Origin: the human T2T-CHM13v2.0 reference genome, Homo sapiens
DNA length: 64,000 nt
Reading direction: 5' to 3' (one strand)
Assembly: GCF_009914755.1 (NCBI RefSeq)
Contig: NC_060928.1
The translations under genes and the position numbers were made by a program. Under the pieces are notes generated by a model, which had not been told where the DNA came from, searched no databases, and worked only from the letters and a program-made list of their open reading frames with translations. Shown one piece after another: positions 40,246-53,495 of this stretch (positions are counted from its first letter, which is position 1; each line of letters begins with the position of its first letter).

Positions 40246-40685
40246 GTCAAAATTCAACCAGGATGCGTTTGAAGACTTTGCAAACTCCTGAACCCTTGAT
40301 GAGTCTTCTCATTCTGGAAGTGGGGATTTTATGTAGAAACTGATTTGTCCTACAGTCCTAATAGATGATAGCGAGGTTTTTCCAATCTAGTGCTCTGAAC
40401 ACAGGACACTGTATGTTCTCAGCCAGTCACAATCATGTTGAGGACTAAGGACTCTCCATTTGATGCAGACAAAATTGTAACTGAGACGTAAAACTCCTTA
40501 GCAATCAAATGGAATAATTGTTTGTTTTTTACTTCAAATAGAAAATTGTTTTCTAAGACTAAAATACTTGAATTGTCAGACAATATAATCTCAGCTTGTA
40601 TTAGTTTTTGAATGTTCCCATAGAGGAAGTATAACAATCCATGCAATGTGAATAAATGGAAAGTAAGCAAAAATTAAAATTTAAA
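40246..40685 (+). pseudogene. Candidate retrocopy (processed-pseudogene 3' fragment or orphan transduction), parent unknown
   Basis: AATAAA at 40651 and an A-rich tail at 40669-40688. Flanking direct repeats aaattactctatata (40231-40245) and aaattactctgtgta (40686-40700) sit at a TT|AAA site. Confidence 0.7.
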
Positions 40686-41210
40686 AAATTACTCTGTGTA
40701 AGTTAACGAAGACCACTGCTGTTATTTAGAAATAAAAATATAGAAGAAAATAGCATACATACTAAGGGATCGATTTCAGTAGTCAATTGACAGGTTTGTA
40801 AATTCCATTTTTATGGATTAGAATAAGTCAAATTAGAAAACATTTTTCAAATGAAACCCATTCTTATATACTTGAAAGGACCAGAGAAAGAGAAATAAGC
40901 ACTATTTTTAACATTCACACTGAAGAAATAAATAAGCTTAGCCACAAAATACCTAATTCATGCAACAAATCCACATTATTGGTAGAGTCTTCAAGAAAAA
41001 ATTATCAAGATCTTTCCTTTTTTCTGCACAAGAAATGTTAAACTCTTCTCCCATAAAATTACTGTTTAATTCTGCATATACAAAAAACATTACTTATGAG
41101 GTCCTGAATGTGATTAAAGCATGCTGCCTCCAGTATTCCTTGTAGCATTGCCTAATAGTATTAAGATAATTAGATATCTGAAAATCATCTGTAGAAATCC
41201 TGTAATTTTG

Positions 41211-41675
<465 letters not shown>

Positions 41676-41929
41676 TTAGCTCATTAATTAGACTTGGCTA
41701 TTTATAAGGTTCGGTAGTATTTACTCAGCACCATTTTGTTATTATTACATGAAGAATTCAATTTTTATTGATCATATGTCATTGTTGATCAGAAAAATTA
41801 ATTGCTGTAATCAACAATTGATTTTGTTGATTAAAAATTTTAATTTTTTGATGTACTAATAACAAAATGATAATGAGTAAATATTAAAGCTCCATTTTAT
41901 CATTGAATTGTGGTTCACAGAGATGAAAA

Positions 41930-42420
41930 AGCTATATCACAAAATTCTACCAATAACGTCCAGCAACCATATCTACTGGTCTCATTTTATGATTATAAAA
42001 TTCAGCAATCTTATTGTATTTCTCCAGTCAAATCTCTCTCCTCCTCTTTCTATTATGTAATTTCCCAACATTCCTTTTCCTGCTTAACTCTCAGCAAGTA
42101 TACTTATCCCATTTCAAGACGAAAATAGAATCAATCAGAGAGAACTATAAGCTCCCACAACCACAATCATCTATCTTTCAAAATCTGAGTCTATCTACTC
42201 TTCCTTTCTGCCTCTTACAATAAACAAACTGCCTATACTGGCCTCTTACAATAAACAAACTGCCTATACTGCTACTATGGCTAACCCCTTTACAGCCCCT
42301 TTACAATCATCCTCTGTTGTCTATTCAAGGATATTAGCCAGGTTGGCCTCCCTGCTCTTTCAGCGCATCACATTTCTAGTGGATATTTCCTATTAATATT
42401 AATACACAAAAGTACCCTTC
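41930..42420 (+). mobile_element. L2 ORF2 relic
   Basis: gaaaatagaatcaatcagagagaact...ctattcaaggatattagcc resembles L2 ORF2. Confidence 0.55.
42210..42271. repeat. Exact 31-bp tandem duplication
   Basis: gcctcttacaataaacaaactgcctatactg x2. Confidence 0.95.
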
Positions 42421-44550
42421 TACTCTTTCTTCTTCCCAGAATGATCTCTTTCCTCTCCAGCTCCAGTGAGTCTTTCTCTTACTATCTAGTACTGGATCTT
42501 GGGTTGCCTATTTTCTGCTCTTTTAAAAGAACCTGTAAATATGTAATTAATTTGACACTGATAACTAATTCAAAAGTATTTATTTTGAAATAACAACTGA
42601 GATTTTCTCACATGAATAAAATTAGTTTTCTTGCCAATTCATTGGATATAAGTAATACAGAGAGAGCAACTATATATATAATAGCAGCAAGAAATTGCCT
42701 GAATTCTAATCAAGAAAAAAAAAGATACAATTTAAGAAGACTATTAGGTATAACAAATGTCACCTTGCATACAGTTATTTACTTCTAGTCTTCATGGAGG
42801 TGGATGTTCATAGGTAGTGACTGCCACAATACACAGTAAGTATTGGTGAGAAAAAGAAAGGAGTGATGGCAGAGAAAGACTACACTTTAATATAAAACTC
42901 ATATAAATGATATCATGTCTTTCCATAGTTGTGCATTTCTCTTTTCCAGACCTGCATCCCATAGCCCAACCTGTAACATATCCATATATTGATTAGAGAA
43001 TTGAATTTATTGAGTAACGTGTAAACACTTTGAATAATAACTCTGCCATACCTGGAGAAAACTAATTCCATAATGTATATTCAGGAATATATCATGGAGA
43101 TGACATGGTCATGGAATTATACATGGAAACAACTTCATGTTACTAAAATCAAATACACTTTTAAATTAATCGTATTTAATACTAAGAATTTTGATGGGAC
43201 ACTAATATTATCTGGCAAAAAGAGCATGCCAACTAGCATGCTAGCCATAGGGAAATTTGACTACAAGTTATTTATGTTTCTTCTTCTTTCTCCTCTCCAA
43301 ATAAATTCCAGTAAAAAGGGTGTTAACATGGAATTTTTTATTGGTTTCCTAAAATAAAAATTAAATGAAAATGTATATTGTGAGACAGATCATTCTGCAG
43401 AAAGCAAGTACCAAGGATCAATTTGCTACATTTAAATGTCTCAGTTACAGCAAGAGTCTAAAACAATTGTGAGTATATGGATATGAGGAAATATTAAGAT
43501 TTCTTTGAAGAAAGGTGCTGCTGAACTGTGATTCCATGTAAAAATTTGACTGGTCATGGGTCAAAATTCTATCAAAAGCAGTTAGCAAGCCGATAGAAAA
43601 AATGTAAGCCAAGGAATGAAAAGTTGACCACATTTCTCTTCACATATCTGATATTTCTCTGGGACTGGTGGTGGCAGGGAAGGGGATACCTATAACTTTG
43701 AAACAAACTGGAAGCTTTGGATATTATAAAACCTAGATATTCTAAGTATAACTTAGTAACTATATTTTACAACTTAAAGTGACCATAAAACTATGAATTT
43801 TCTATTAATTAACAGAGAATCTTTGGACTGTGGAGTGTTCATTCATTTAGAAGAACAGCAAAAGATAAAATAGATCTCCTTATTATTACAATTCAAGAGT
43901 CCTTATTATCCAACCCTAAGATTATAAGATTTATGAAAAGCTATCTGGCTTCCAAGAATAGTGCAATTTTGACTTATTAGGCAAAAGTAAAAAAAAAAAA
44001 AAGAGTTGATATATTTTCCTTATTGGACATTGTTTTGTTTTGAGATTAAAATATTATAGCTAGTAAACTTTAATTGAATTTATCCCTCTTTACTTGCTGC
44101 TTTTTAAAATAATTTCATTTCTCCAAATATTAAACTATACCACAAAATTAAGTTATTTTTTTGTTTCCAAAAAAATTATCCACTTCTCTTTTAAAGATTA
44201 CATTTAACTATAATATAATGGAGATCCTTTTGAAAGGAAACAAATACTAAAATCCCATTGTTTAAATTTTGGTTTCTCTATTACATTTTATTCAAACAGG
44301 TATGAAATAACGCATATCGTATTTGGCCTCTACAGAACGCTATATCAAAGATCTGTCTAATTTATTTCATAAGATGTGTAAGTGACTAAGGAAAAGATAT
44401 CAACCAAAGGGAATTTTGGCAATTTCAATAAAATTACAAATTTGGGTGTTATATTTTCTTCTATAGTGTTCATTTTAATTAGTTTATAATCTTTTTGTAT
44501 GAGGTACTCTGAATACGAACCCTTCAGAAAACAATAATGTATTATATAAC

Positions 44551-44805
44551 AAGCAGTAGAACGTAGTGGTTAAAAAAGATGCTGGACACTCGAACAAAGT
44601 ATTAATACTTGGTCTATAATTTACCTGCTGCGCAACATTGCACATATTATTCAACCTCTCTGTGCATCAATTATTGTTATTGATCATTATGAGAGAGTGA
44701 GATGAGAAGCTACCTCTTAATGATGCTGTGATGATCAAATGAGCTAATACATATAAAGTGTTTAAAATGGAATATCTAGCATAATGTAAACACTCAAAAT
44801 TGGTT
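44551..44805 (+). mobile_element. MIR SINE
   Basis: gtagtggttaa...caacctctctgtgcatcaatt...gatcaaatgagctaatacatataaagtgtttaaaat is the MIR core and tail. Confidence 0.8.
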
Positions 44806-44977
44806 TTTGTTGCTAAGTTTTGTATGCATTTCGTCATGAAATTTTTTATCCACCTATATAAAATTGGCATCTTTCTTTTTTACAGATCAGGAAAGGGACT
44901 GTAGAGAATTTGAATATCATAACTAAAATGATATTTAATTACAGAATTCAAAAGAGAAAATCTGACTCCAATGCTCT

Positions 44978-47302
44978 GTCTCTCTCTTTTTCAATTTAAC
45001 TTAGTTTAAGTTCAGGGGTACATGTGTAGGTTTCTTATGTAGGTAAACCTGTGTCATGGAGATTATTTCATACAGATTATTTCATCGCCCAGGTTTTAAG
45101 CCTAGGACCTATTAGTTATTTTTCTTAATTCTCTCCCTCCTCCCACCCTCCACCTTCCAATAGGCCCTAATGTGTGTTGTTCCCCTCTATGTGCCCATGT
45201 GTTATCTTCATTTAGCACCCACTTATAAGTAAGAACATGCAGTATTTGATTTTCTGCTCCTGCATTATTTTGCTAAGGATAATGGCTTCCAGCTCCATCC
45301 ATGTTCTGGCAAAGGACATGATCTTGTTCTTTTTTCTGACCGCATAGTATTCCATGATGTATATGTACCACATTTTCTTTATCCAGTCTAACACTGATGA
45401 GGATTTAGGTTGATTCCGTATGTTTGCTACTGTGAATAGTGCTGGAACAAACATTTGTGTGCAGGTGTCTATGATAAAATAACTTATATTACTTTGAGTA
45501 TATGTCCAATAATGGAATTGCTGGGTTGAATGGCATTTCTGTTTTCAGGTCTTTGAAAAATCACCACAATTTTCCACGATGGTTGAACTTATGTAGACTT
45601 CCACCAAGAGTGTATAAACATTCCTTTTTCTCTGCAACCTTATCATCATCTGTTATTTTTTGACATTTTAATAATAGCGATTCTAACTGGTGTGATATCT
45701 CATTGTGGCTTTGATTTGCATTTCTCTAATAATCAGTGATGTTGAGCAATTGTTCATGATTCTTGGCCACAAGTATGTCTTCACTTGAAAAGTGTCTGTC
45801 CAAGTCCTTTGCTCATTTTTTGGTGGGGCTGTTTGTTTTTCACTTGTAATTTGTGTAAGTTCCTTATAGATGCTGGATATTAGACCTTTGTCAGATGGAT
45901 AGCTTGCAAAAATTTTCTCCCATTATGTACATTGTCTGTTCACTCTGTTGATCATTTATTTTGCTGTGCCAAAGCTCTTTAGTTTAATGAGATCCCATTT
46001 GTCAATTTTTACTTTTGTTGCAATTGCTTTTGATGTCTTTGTCATGAAATCTTTGCCCATGCCTATGTGCTGAATGGTATTGCCTAGGTTGTCTTCCAGG
46101 GTTTTCATAGTTTTGGGTTTTACATTTAAGTTTTTAATCTATCTTGAGTTAATTTTTGTATATGGTGAAAGAAAGAGGTCCAGCTTCTTTCAATCTTCTA
46201 TATATGGCTAGCCTGTTATGCCAGCACCACTTATTGAATAGGGAATCTTTTCTCATTGCTTTTTTTTGTCAGGTTTGTTGAAAATCAGATGGCTATAGGT
46301 ATGCAGCCTTATTTCTGGGTTCTCTGTTCTGTTCCATTAGTCTATGTGTCTGTTGTTATACAAGTCTCATGCTGCTTTGGTTACTGTAGCACTGTAATAT
46401 TCTCTGAAGTTGAGTAGTGTGATGCTTCCAGCTTTGTTCCTTTTGCTTTGGACTGCCTTGGCTATTTGGGCTCTTTTTTAGTTCCATATTAATTTATAAT
46501 AGTTTATTATAGTTCTACAAAGAATGTCATTGGTATTTAAATAGAAATAACATTGAATCTATAAATTGCTTTGGGTAGTATGGCCATTTTAATGATACTT
46601 GTTTTTCCTATCCATGAGCATGAAATGTTTTTTAATTTGTTTGTGTCATCTCTGATTTCATTCACCAGTGTTTTGTAGAGATTTTTCACCTCCTTGTTCA
46701 CCTGTATTCCTAGGTATTTTATTTATTTATTGTGGCAATTGTGAATGGGATTGCATTCCTGATTTGTCTCTTGGCTTGACTGTTCTTGGTGTATGGGAGT
46801 GCTAGTAATTTTTCCAGACAGATTTTGTGTCCTGAGACTTTGCTGAAGTTGTTCATCAGCTTAAGAAGCTTTTGGGCCGAGACTATGTTATTTTCCAGAT
46901 ATAAGGTCATGTCGTCTGCAAACAGGGATAATTTGACTTTCTGTCTTTCTATTTGGATGTCCTTTATTTCTTTCTCTTGCTTGATTGCCCTGGCCAGAAC
47001 TTCTAATACTGTGTTGAATAGGAGTGGTGAGAGAGGGCATTCATGTCTTGTGCTGCTTTCCAAAGGAAATGCTTCTGGCTTTTGGCTATTCAGTGTGATG
47101 TTGGCTGTGGGTTTTTCATAGATGGCTCTTATTATTTTGGGTATGTTCCTTCAATATCTAGTTTGTTAAGAGTTTTTAACATGAAGGGGTGTTGAATTTT
47201 ATCAAAAGCCTTTTCTGCATCTATTGAAGTAATCATGTGGTTTTGTCTTTAATTCTGTTTATGTGATGAATCACATTTCTTGATTTGCATATGTTGAACC
47301 AA
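44978..47302 (-). mobile_element. L1PA10-like 3' body of a twin-primed L1
   Basis: Antisense 3' UTR (agttcaggggtacatgtg...cccaggttttaagcctag) and ORF2 back to the WFNI motif. TSD caatgctct lies at 44969-44977 and 51954-51962. Confidence 0.93.
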
Positions 47303-49488
47303 TTTGTAAAACATATTTTTGGATATCATCTACAAGAATTTTCCCAACCTAGGTAGAGAGGCCGACATTCAAATTCAGCAAATGTATAGAACCCCAGTAA
47401 CATGCTTCACAAGAAGGTAATCCCGAAGACACATCAACATCAGATTCTCCTGGGTCAAAATGAAATAACAAATGTTAAAGTCAGCTAGAGAGAAAGGTCA
47501 GGTCACCTACAAAGGGAAGCTCATCAGACTAACAGCAAACTCCTCAGCAGAAATGCTACAAGTCAGAAGAGATGGGGGCCAATATTCAACATTCTTAAAA
47601 AAAACAAAAAAGAAATTCCAACCCATAATTTCATAACTGGCTAAACTAAGCCTTATAAGCAAAGGAAAAATAAGATCCTATTCAAGCAAACAACTGCTGA
47701 GGAAATTTTCTACCACCAGATCTGTCTTGCAAGAGTTCCTGAATGAAGCACTAAACATAGAAAGGAAAGACCATTACCAGCCACTACAAAAACGCATTGA
47801 ACTACACAGACCAGTGACACTACAAAACAACCACATAAAAAAAGTCTGCAGAATAATCCGTTAACATTATGATGACAGGATTAAATCGACAAATATCAAT
47901 ACTAACCTTAAATGTAAATGGGCAAAATGCCCCAATAAAAAGGCACAGAGTGGCAAACTAGATAAAGAACCAAGACCCATTGGTATATGCTGTCTTCAAG
48001 AGACCCATCTCACATGTAATGATACACATATGCTCAAAATAAAAGGATGGAGAAAAATCTGCCAAGCAAATGAAAGTCAGAAAAAAAAAGCAGAGCTGGA
48101 ATGTTACTTTCAGACAAACCATACTTTAAGCCAACAACAACAACAAAAGACAAAGAAGGGCATTGCATAATTGTAAAGGGTTCAGTTCAACAAGAAGATC
48201 TATCCTTTCCAAATATATATGAACACAACACAGGATCACTTAGATTTATAAAACAAGTACTTAGAGACCTTCAAAGAGACTTAAAATCACATATGATAAT
48301 AGTGGGAAACTTTAACACCCCACTGACAATAGTAGATTATTGAGACAGAAAATTAATGAAGTTATTCAGGACCTAAACTCAGCACTGGATCAAGAGGCCC
48401 AGATAGACATTGAAATAACTCTCCACCCAAGAACAACAGAATATACATTTTTGTCATTGCCCCATGGCACTTACTCAAAAATTGATCACATAATTGGAAG
48501 TAAAATACTCCTCAGCCAATGTAAAAGAACTGAAATTATTCCAAAAAAATCTCTTGGACCACAGCACAATGAAATTAGAAATCAAGACTAAGCAATTAAC
48601 TCAAAATCATACAATTACATGGAAGTTGAATGACTTTTGGGTAAATAATGAAATTAAGGCAGAAATCAAGAAGTTCTTTGAAACTCAGAAAAATTATACA
48701 ATATACCAGAATCTCTTGGACATGGTTAAGGTAGTGTTAAGAGGGACATTTATAGCACTAAATACCCATATCAAAAAGTTACAAAGATCTAAATTTAACA
48801 ACCTAACATCACAACTAAAAGAACTAGAAAATCAAGAGAAAACAAATCCAAAAACTAGCAGAAAACAAGAAATAAATAAAATCACAGATGAATGGAAGGA
48901 GATTGAGACATGAAAAATTCTTCAAAATATCAATGAATCCAGGAGCTGTTTTTTTTGAAAATATTAATAAATTATGTAGACACTAGCTAGACTAATAAAG
49001 AAGAAGATAAGATTCAAATAAACATAATAAGAAATGACAAGGAAGATATTACCACTGACCCCACAGAAATACAAATAATCATCAGAGAATATTCTGAACA
49101 TCTCTGTGTACATAAACTAGAAAATATACAAGAAATTGATAAATTTCTGGACACATACACCCTTCCAAGCCTGAACCAGGAAGAAATTGAATCCCTGAAC
49201 AGACCAATAATTAAATTTGAAATAGAGTCAGTAATACATAGTCTACCAACCAAAAAAATCCCAGGACAAAATGGCTGAATAGTATCATAGCTGAATACCA
49301 CCAGTTGTACAGATAAGAACTGCATCATTGCTGCTGAAACTATACCAAAAAAATTGAGAAGGAGGGACTCATTCTATGTGGCCAACATCGTCTTGATACT
49401 CAAGCCTGGCAGAAAAAATCCAAAAAGAAAACTTTAGGTCAATATCCTTGAACATCAGTGAAAATATTCTCAACAAAATACTGACAAA
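47303..49488 (+). mobile_element. Inverted 5' part of the same L1: ORF1 C-terminus, spacer, and ORF2 endonuclease/linker, all decayed
   Basis: ORFs 48101-48913 translate to L1 EN motifs ([41 protein letters not shown]). The element resumes at 51857-51956. Confidence 0.93.
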
Positions 49489-51856
49489 AAGCTTATCCAC
49501 TATGATCAAGTGGGCCTCATCCCTGGGATGCAAGGCTGGTTCAACATACACAAATCAGTAAATGTAATCCAGCATGTAAACAGAACCAAGACAAAAACCA
49601 CACGATTATCTCAATAGATACAGAAAAGGCCTTTGACAAAATTCACCAGCCCTTCATGCTAAAAACATTCAATAAATTAGGTATTGATGGGACATATTTC
49701 AAAATAATAAGAGCTATTTATGACAAACCCACAGCCAATATCATACTGAATGGGCAAAACATGGAAGCATTCCCTTTGAAAACTGGCACAAGACAGGGAT
49801 GCCCTCTCTCACCACTCCTATTCAACATAGTGTTAGAAGTTCTGGCCAGGGCAATCAGGCAGGAGAAAGAAATAAAGTGTATTCAATTAGGAAAAGAGGT
49901 AGTCAAATTGTCCCTGTTTGCAGATGACATGATTGTATATTTAGAAAACCCCATCGTCTCAGCCCAAAATCTCTGTAAGCTGATAAACAACTTCAGCAAA
50001 GTCTCAGGATACAAAATCATTGTGCAAAAATCACAAGCATTCTTATACACCAATAACAGACAGAGAGCCAAGTCATGAGTGAACTCCCATTCACAATTGC
50101 TTCAAAGAGAATAAAATACCTAGGAATCCAACTTACAAGGGATGCGAAGGACCTCTTCAAGGACAACTACAAACCACTGCTCAACGAAATGAAAAAGGAC
50201 ACAAACAAATGGAAGAACATTCCATGCTCATGGATAGGAAGAATCAATATCGTTAAAATGGCCATACCGCCCAAAGTAATTTATAGATTCAATGTCATCC
50301 CCATCAAGCTACCAATGACTTTCTTCACAGAATTGGAAAAAACTACTTTAATGTTCATATGGAACCAAAAAAGGGCCCGTATTGCCAAGACAATCCTAAG
50401 CCAAAAGAACAAAGCTGGAGGCATCAAGCTACCTGACTTCAAACTATACAACAAGACTATAGTAACCAAAACAGCATGGTACTGGTACCAAAACAGAGAT
50501 ATAGACCAATGGAACAGAACAGAGCCCTCAGAAATAATACCACACATCTACAACCATCTGATCTTTGACAAACCTGATGAAAACAAGCAATGGGGAAAGG
50601 ATTCCCTATTTAATAAATGGTGCTGGGAAATAAATGGTGCTGGCTAGCCATATGTAGAAAGCTGAAACTGAATCCCTTCCTTACACCTTATACAAAAATC
50701 AATTCAAGATGGATTAAAGACTTAAATGTTAGACCTAAAACCATAAAAACCCTAGAAGAAAACCTAGGCATTACCATTCAGGACATAGGCATGGGCAAGG
50801 ACTTCATGTCTAAAACACCACAAGCAATGGCAACAAAAGCCAAAATTGACAAATGGGATCTAATTAAACTAAAGAGCTTCTGCACAGCAGAACAAACTAC
50901 CATCAGAGTGAACAGGGAACCTACAGAATGGGAGAAAATTTTTGCAATCTACTCATCTGACAAAGGGCTAATATCCAGAATCTACAAAGAACTGAAACAA
51001 ATTTACAAGAAATAAACAAACAACCCCATCAACAAGTGGGTGAAGGATATGAACAGACACTTCTCAAAAGAAGACATTTATGCAGCCAAAAGACACATGA
51101 AAAAATGCTCACCATCACTGGCCATCAGAGAAATGCAAATCAAAACCACAATGAGATACCATCTCACACCAGTTAAAATGGAGATCATTAAAAAGTCAAG
51201 AAACAACAGGTGCTGGAGAGGATGTGGAGAAATAGGAACACTTTTATACTGTTGGTGGGACTGTAAACTAGTTCAACCATTGTGGAAGACACTGTGGCGA
51301 TTCCTCAGGGATCTAGAACTAGAAATACCATTTGACCTAGCCATCCCATTACTGGTTATATACCTAAAGGATTATAAATCATGCTGCTATAAAGATACAT
51401 GTACACATACGTTTATTGTGGCACTATTCACAATAGTAAAGACTTGGAACCAACCCAAATGTCCATCAATGATAGACTGGATTAAGAAAATGTGGCACAT
51501 ATACACTATGTAATACTATGCAGCCATTAAAAATGATGAGTTCATGTCCTTTGTAGGGACATGGATGAAGCTGGAAACTATCATTCTCAGCAAACTATCC
51601 CAAGGACAAAAAACCAGACACCGCATGTTCTCACTCATAGGTGGGAACTAAACAATGAGAACACATGGAGACAGGAAGGGGAACATCACACACCAGGCCT
51701 GTCATGGGGTAGGGGGAGGGAGGAGGGATAGCATTAGGAGATTTACCTAATGTAAATGACGAGTTAATGGGTGCAGCACACCAACATGGTGCATGTATAC
51801 CTATGCAACAAACCTGCACATTGTGCACATGTACCCTAGAACTTAAAGTATAAAAA
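49489..51856 (+). mobile_element. L1PA4/5-like, 5'-truncated (~2.4 kb), nested in the older L1
   Basis: Less diverged ORF2 RT/C-terminus ([17 protein letters not shown]) broken into four ORFs. 3' UTR cctaatgtaaatgacgagttaatgggtgcagcacacc, poly(A), and TSD aaaatactg(a/g)caaa at 49475-49488 and 51857-51870. Confidence 0.93.
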
Positions 51857-51956
51857 AAAATACTGGCAAACCAAATCCAGCAGCACATCAATAAGCTTTT
51901 CCACCATGATCAAGTAGGTTTATCCCTAGGTTGCAAAGTTGGCTCAACATATGCAA
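51857..51956 (+). mobile_element. Remainder of the inverted segment of the older L1
   Basis: aaaatactggcaaaccaaatccagcagcacatc...aagttggctcaacatatgcaa continues from 49488 and ends at the outer TSD. Confidence 0.88.
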
Positions 51957-53495
51957 TGCTCTCTTAAGCTGTACCACATGATGTTTTACTGACTAATCAC
52001 AAAAAGAATAAAAAATAAATTGAAGATTGGTTAAGTTCCTGTTTTTTGTCTTGAATTAAACACGTATCTTTTAATAATGTATAATCAATTGGCCATCTCA
52101 AATTGCATCAAATATGTGTATACATAGTACACTGTGTTTTAGTTCTATATATTTTCCTTTCCTGGCACCATGTTCAGTTTTTCAGATATTACCATCAATT
52201 GTTTCTTACCTATCTGAGGCACTATTGTCATTGGAACAAGGCTGTGATTATAGTAAAAGTTCATTGAAGGCAAATCATTTTGTTCTTAAATGAGAGCTAC
52301 GCTGCCACATTTTTTTAAATCATCACATCTTTTTGCTCTGACTAAATGTTTAGCTAGTTCTCTCCAATTTCATATGACAGTTTCATAAATTGTTTTCTAC
52401 TCAAAGCTTAAACTATGCCAAGAAATTATGAAGTGCCAAGAATAACTGACAACACATAGAACTAAATACTGTTTCAATAAACCAATATTTGCAGAAACAT
52501 TGTAAACAATTATCAAATTTTTTACTTCTATTCTATGATTCCAATCCATCATTCTCCTTAAACAGTACATGTATGCAATTTGCACAAAACCATTTTCTGC
52601 AACATGTCCTTGAGGAAATGTGTTCCAATGGCATTTAATCACAGGTGCCAAGAATGAATCCACACTGGACTCTATGTGCAGATAGTAAATCATCTGCTAA
52701 TGAGCTATCACAGTTTTTACTACCTAAATAGTTCGAAAAACAGTAACAACTAGAAAAAAACAGGAAAAAATGTTTTAATATAAGAGTATATGTCAATGAT
52801 TTGCATTGCAACCCATGTTAACAGAGAATTTCATATTTTCACATTAGTATCTACTTTATTTTATATTGTATTGCTCATAATCAAGAAGAGATTTTTTTCT
52901 CACAGTTTTAAATATATGCCTATAACTGAATAACCTAATTTACACAAAGATGTTTGTCTAAGAGACACCAAACTATGTAAGATAAAAATGAAATCAAATA
53001 TATATACGTGTGTGTATGCAGACATAGCCATATATAAAAATTTATGTCTATAAATAGTTATAGATAATAATAGATTATATACCTACATACATAAAACATT
53101 TAGTTTAATTTACATATAAATAGACATTTACATACATTTGTAGTGGGAGAGGGTATGTGTATGTGTACATATTGCCTTAGTATTTGTATGTTTTGAAATT
53201 TCAAACAAGTAATAATAAAGTAAATATGTTATTAAACTATATTTAGTTAGGAGAATAAAATAAACACAAACCAATATGCTGTTTCAAATTTTATTTCACA
53301 AGGAGTAAAAGAGGTTACTTCTGTTACATCAAACATAAGATAATGTCTTTTACAGTCTCAGATTGAAATAATAAAGTGGAAACATATTAGGTAATTCAAC
53401 CAATACCTTGCTGATTTTTCAATATCTTTTAATACTATCATTATTGAATTAAATATCGACTATCAGATAATATAGTTATCTGATATACAGTTATA

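Noticed and set aside
40419-40670. 83-aa minus-strand ORF as an annotated gene
   Set aside because: Non-ATG start, antisense to the retrocopy's poly(A) polarity, and no recognisable domain or promoter.
41760-41835. Hairpins such as aatcaacaa-ttgatt-ttgttgatt as a possible miRNA or structured RNA
   Set aside because: Stems are short (9 bp or less) and very AT-rich, as expected by chance in this composition.
49656-51513. Four ORFs with RT (FADD) and C-terminal CWRGC motifs suggesting an active reverse-transcriptase system
   Set aside because: Ordinary L1 ORF2, 5'-truncated and broken by frameshifts (including a small duplication at ~50612-50643) and a stop at ~51013. It cannot be autonomous.
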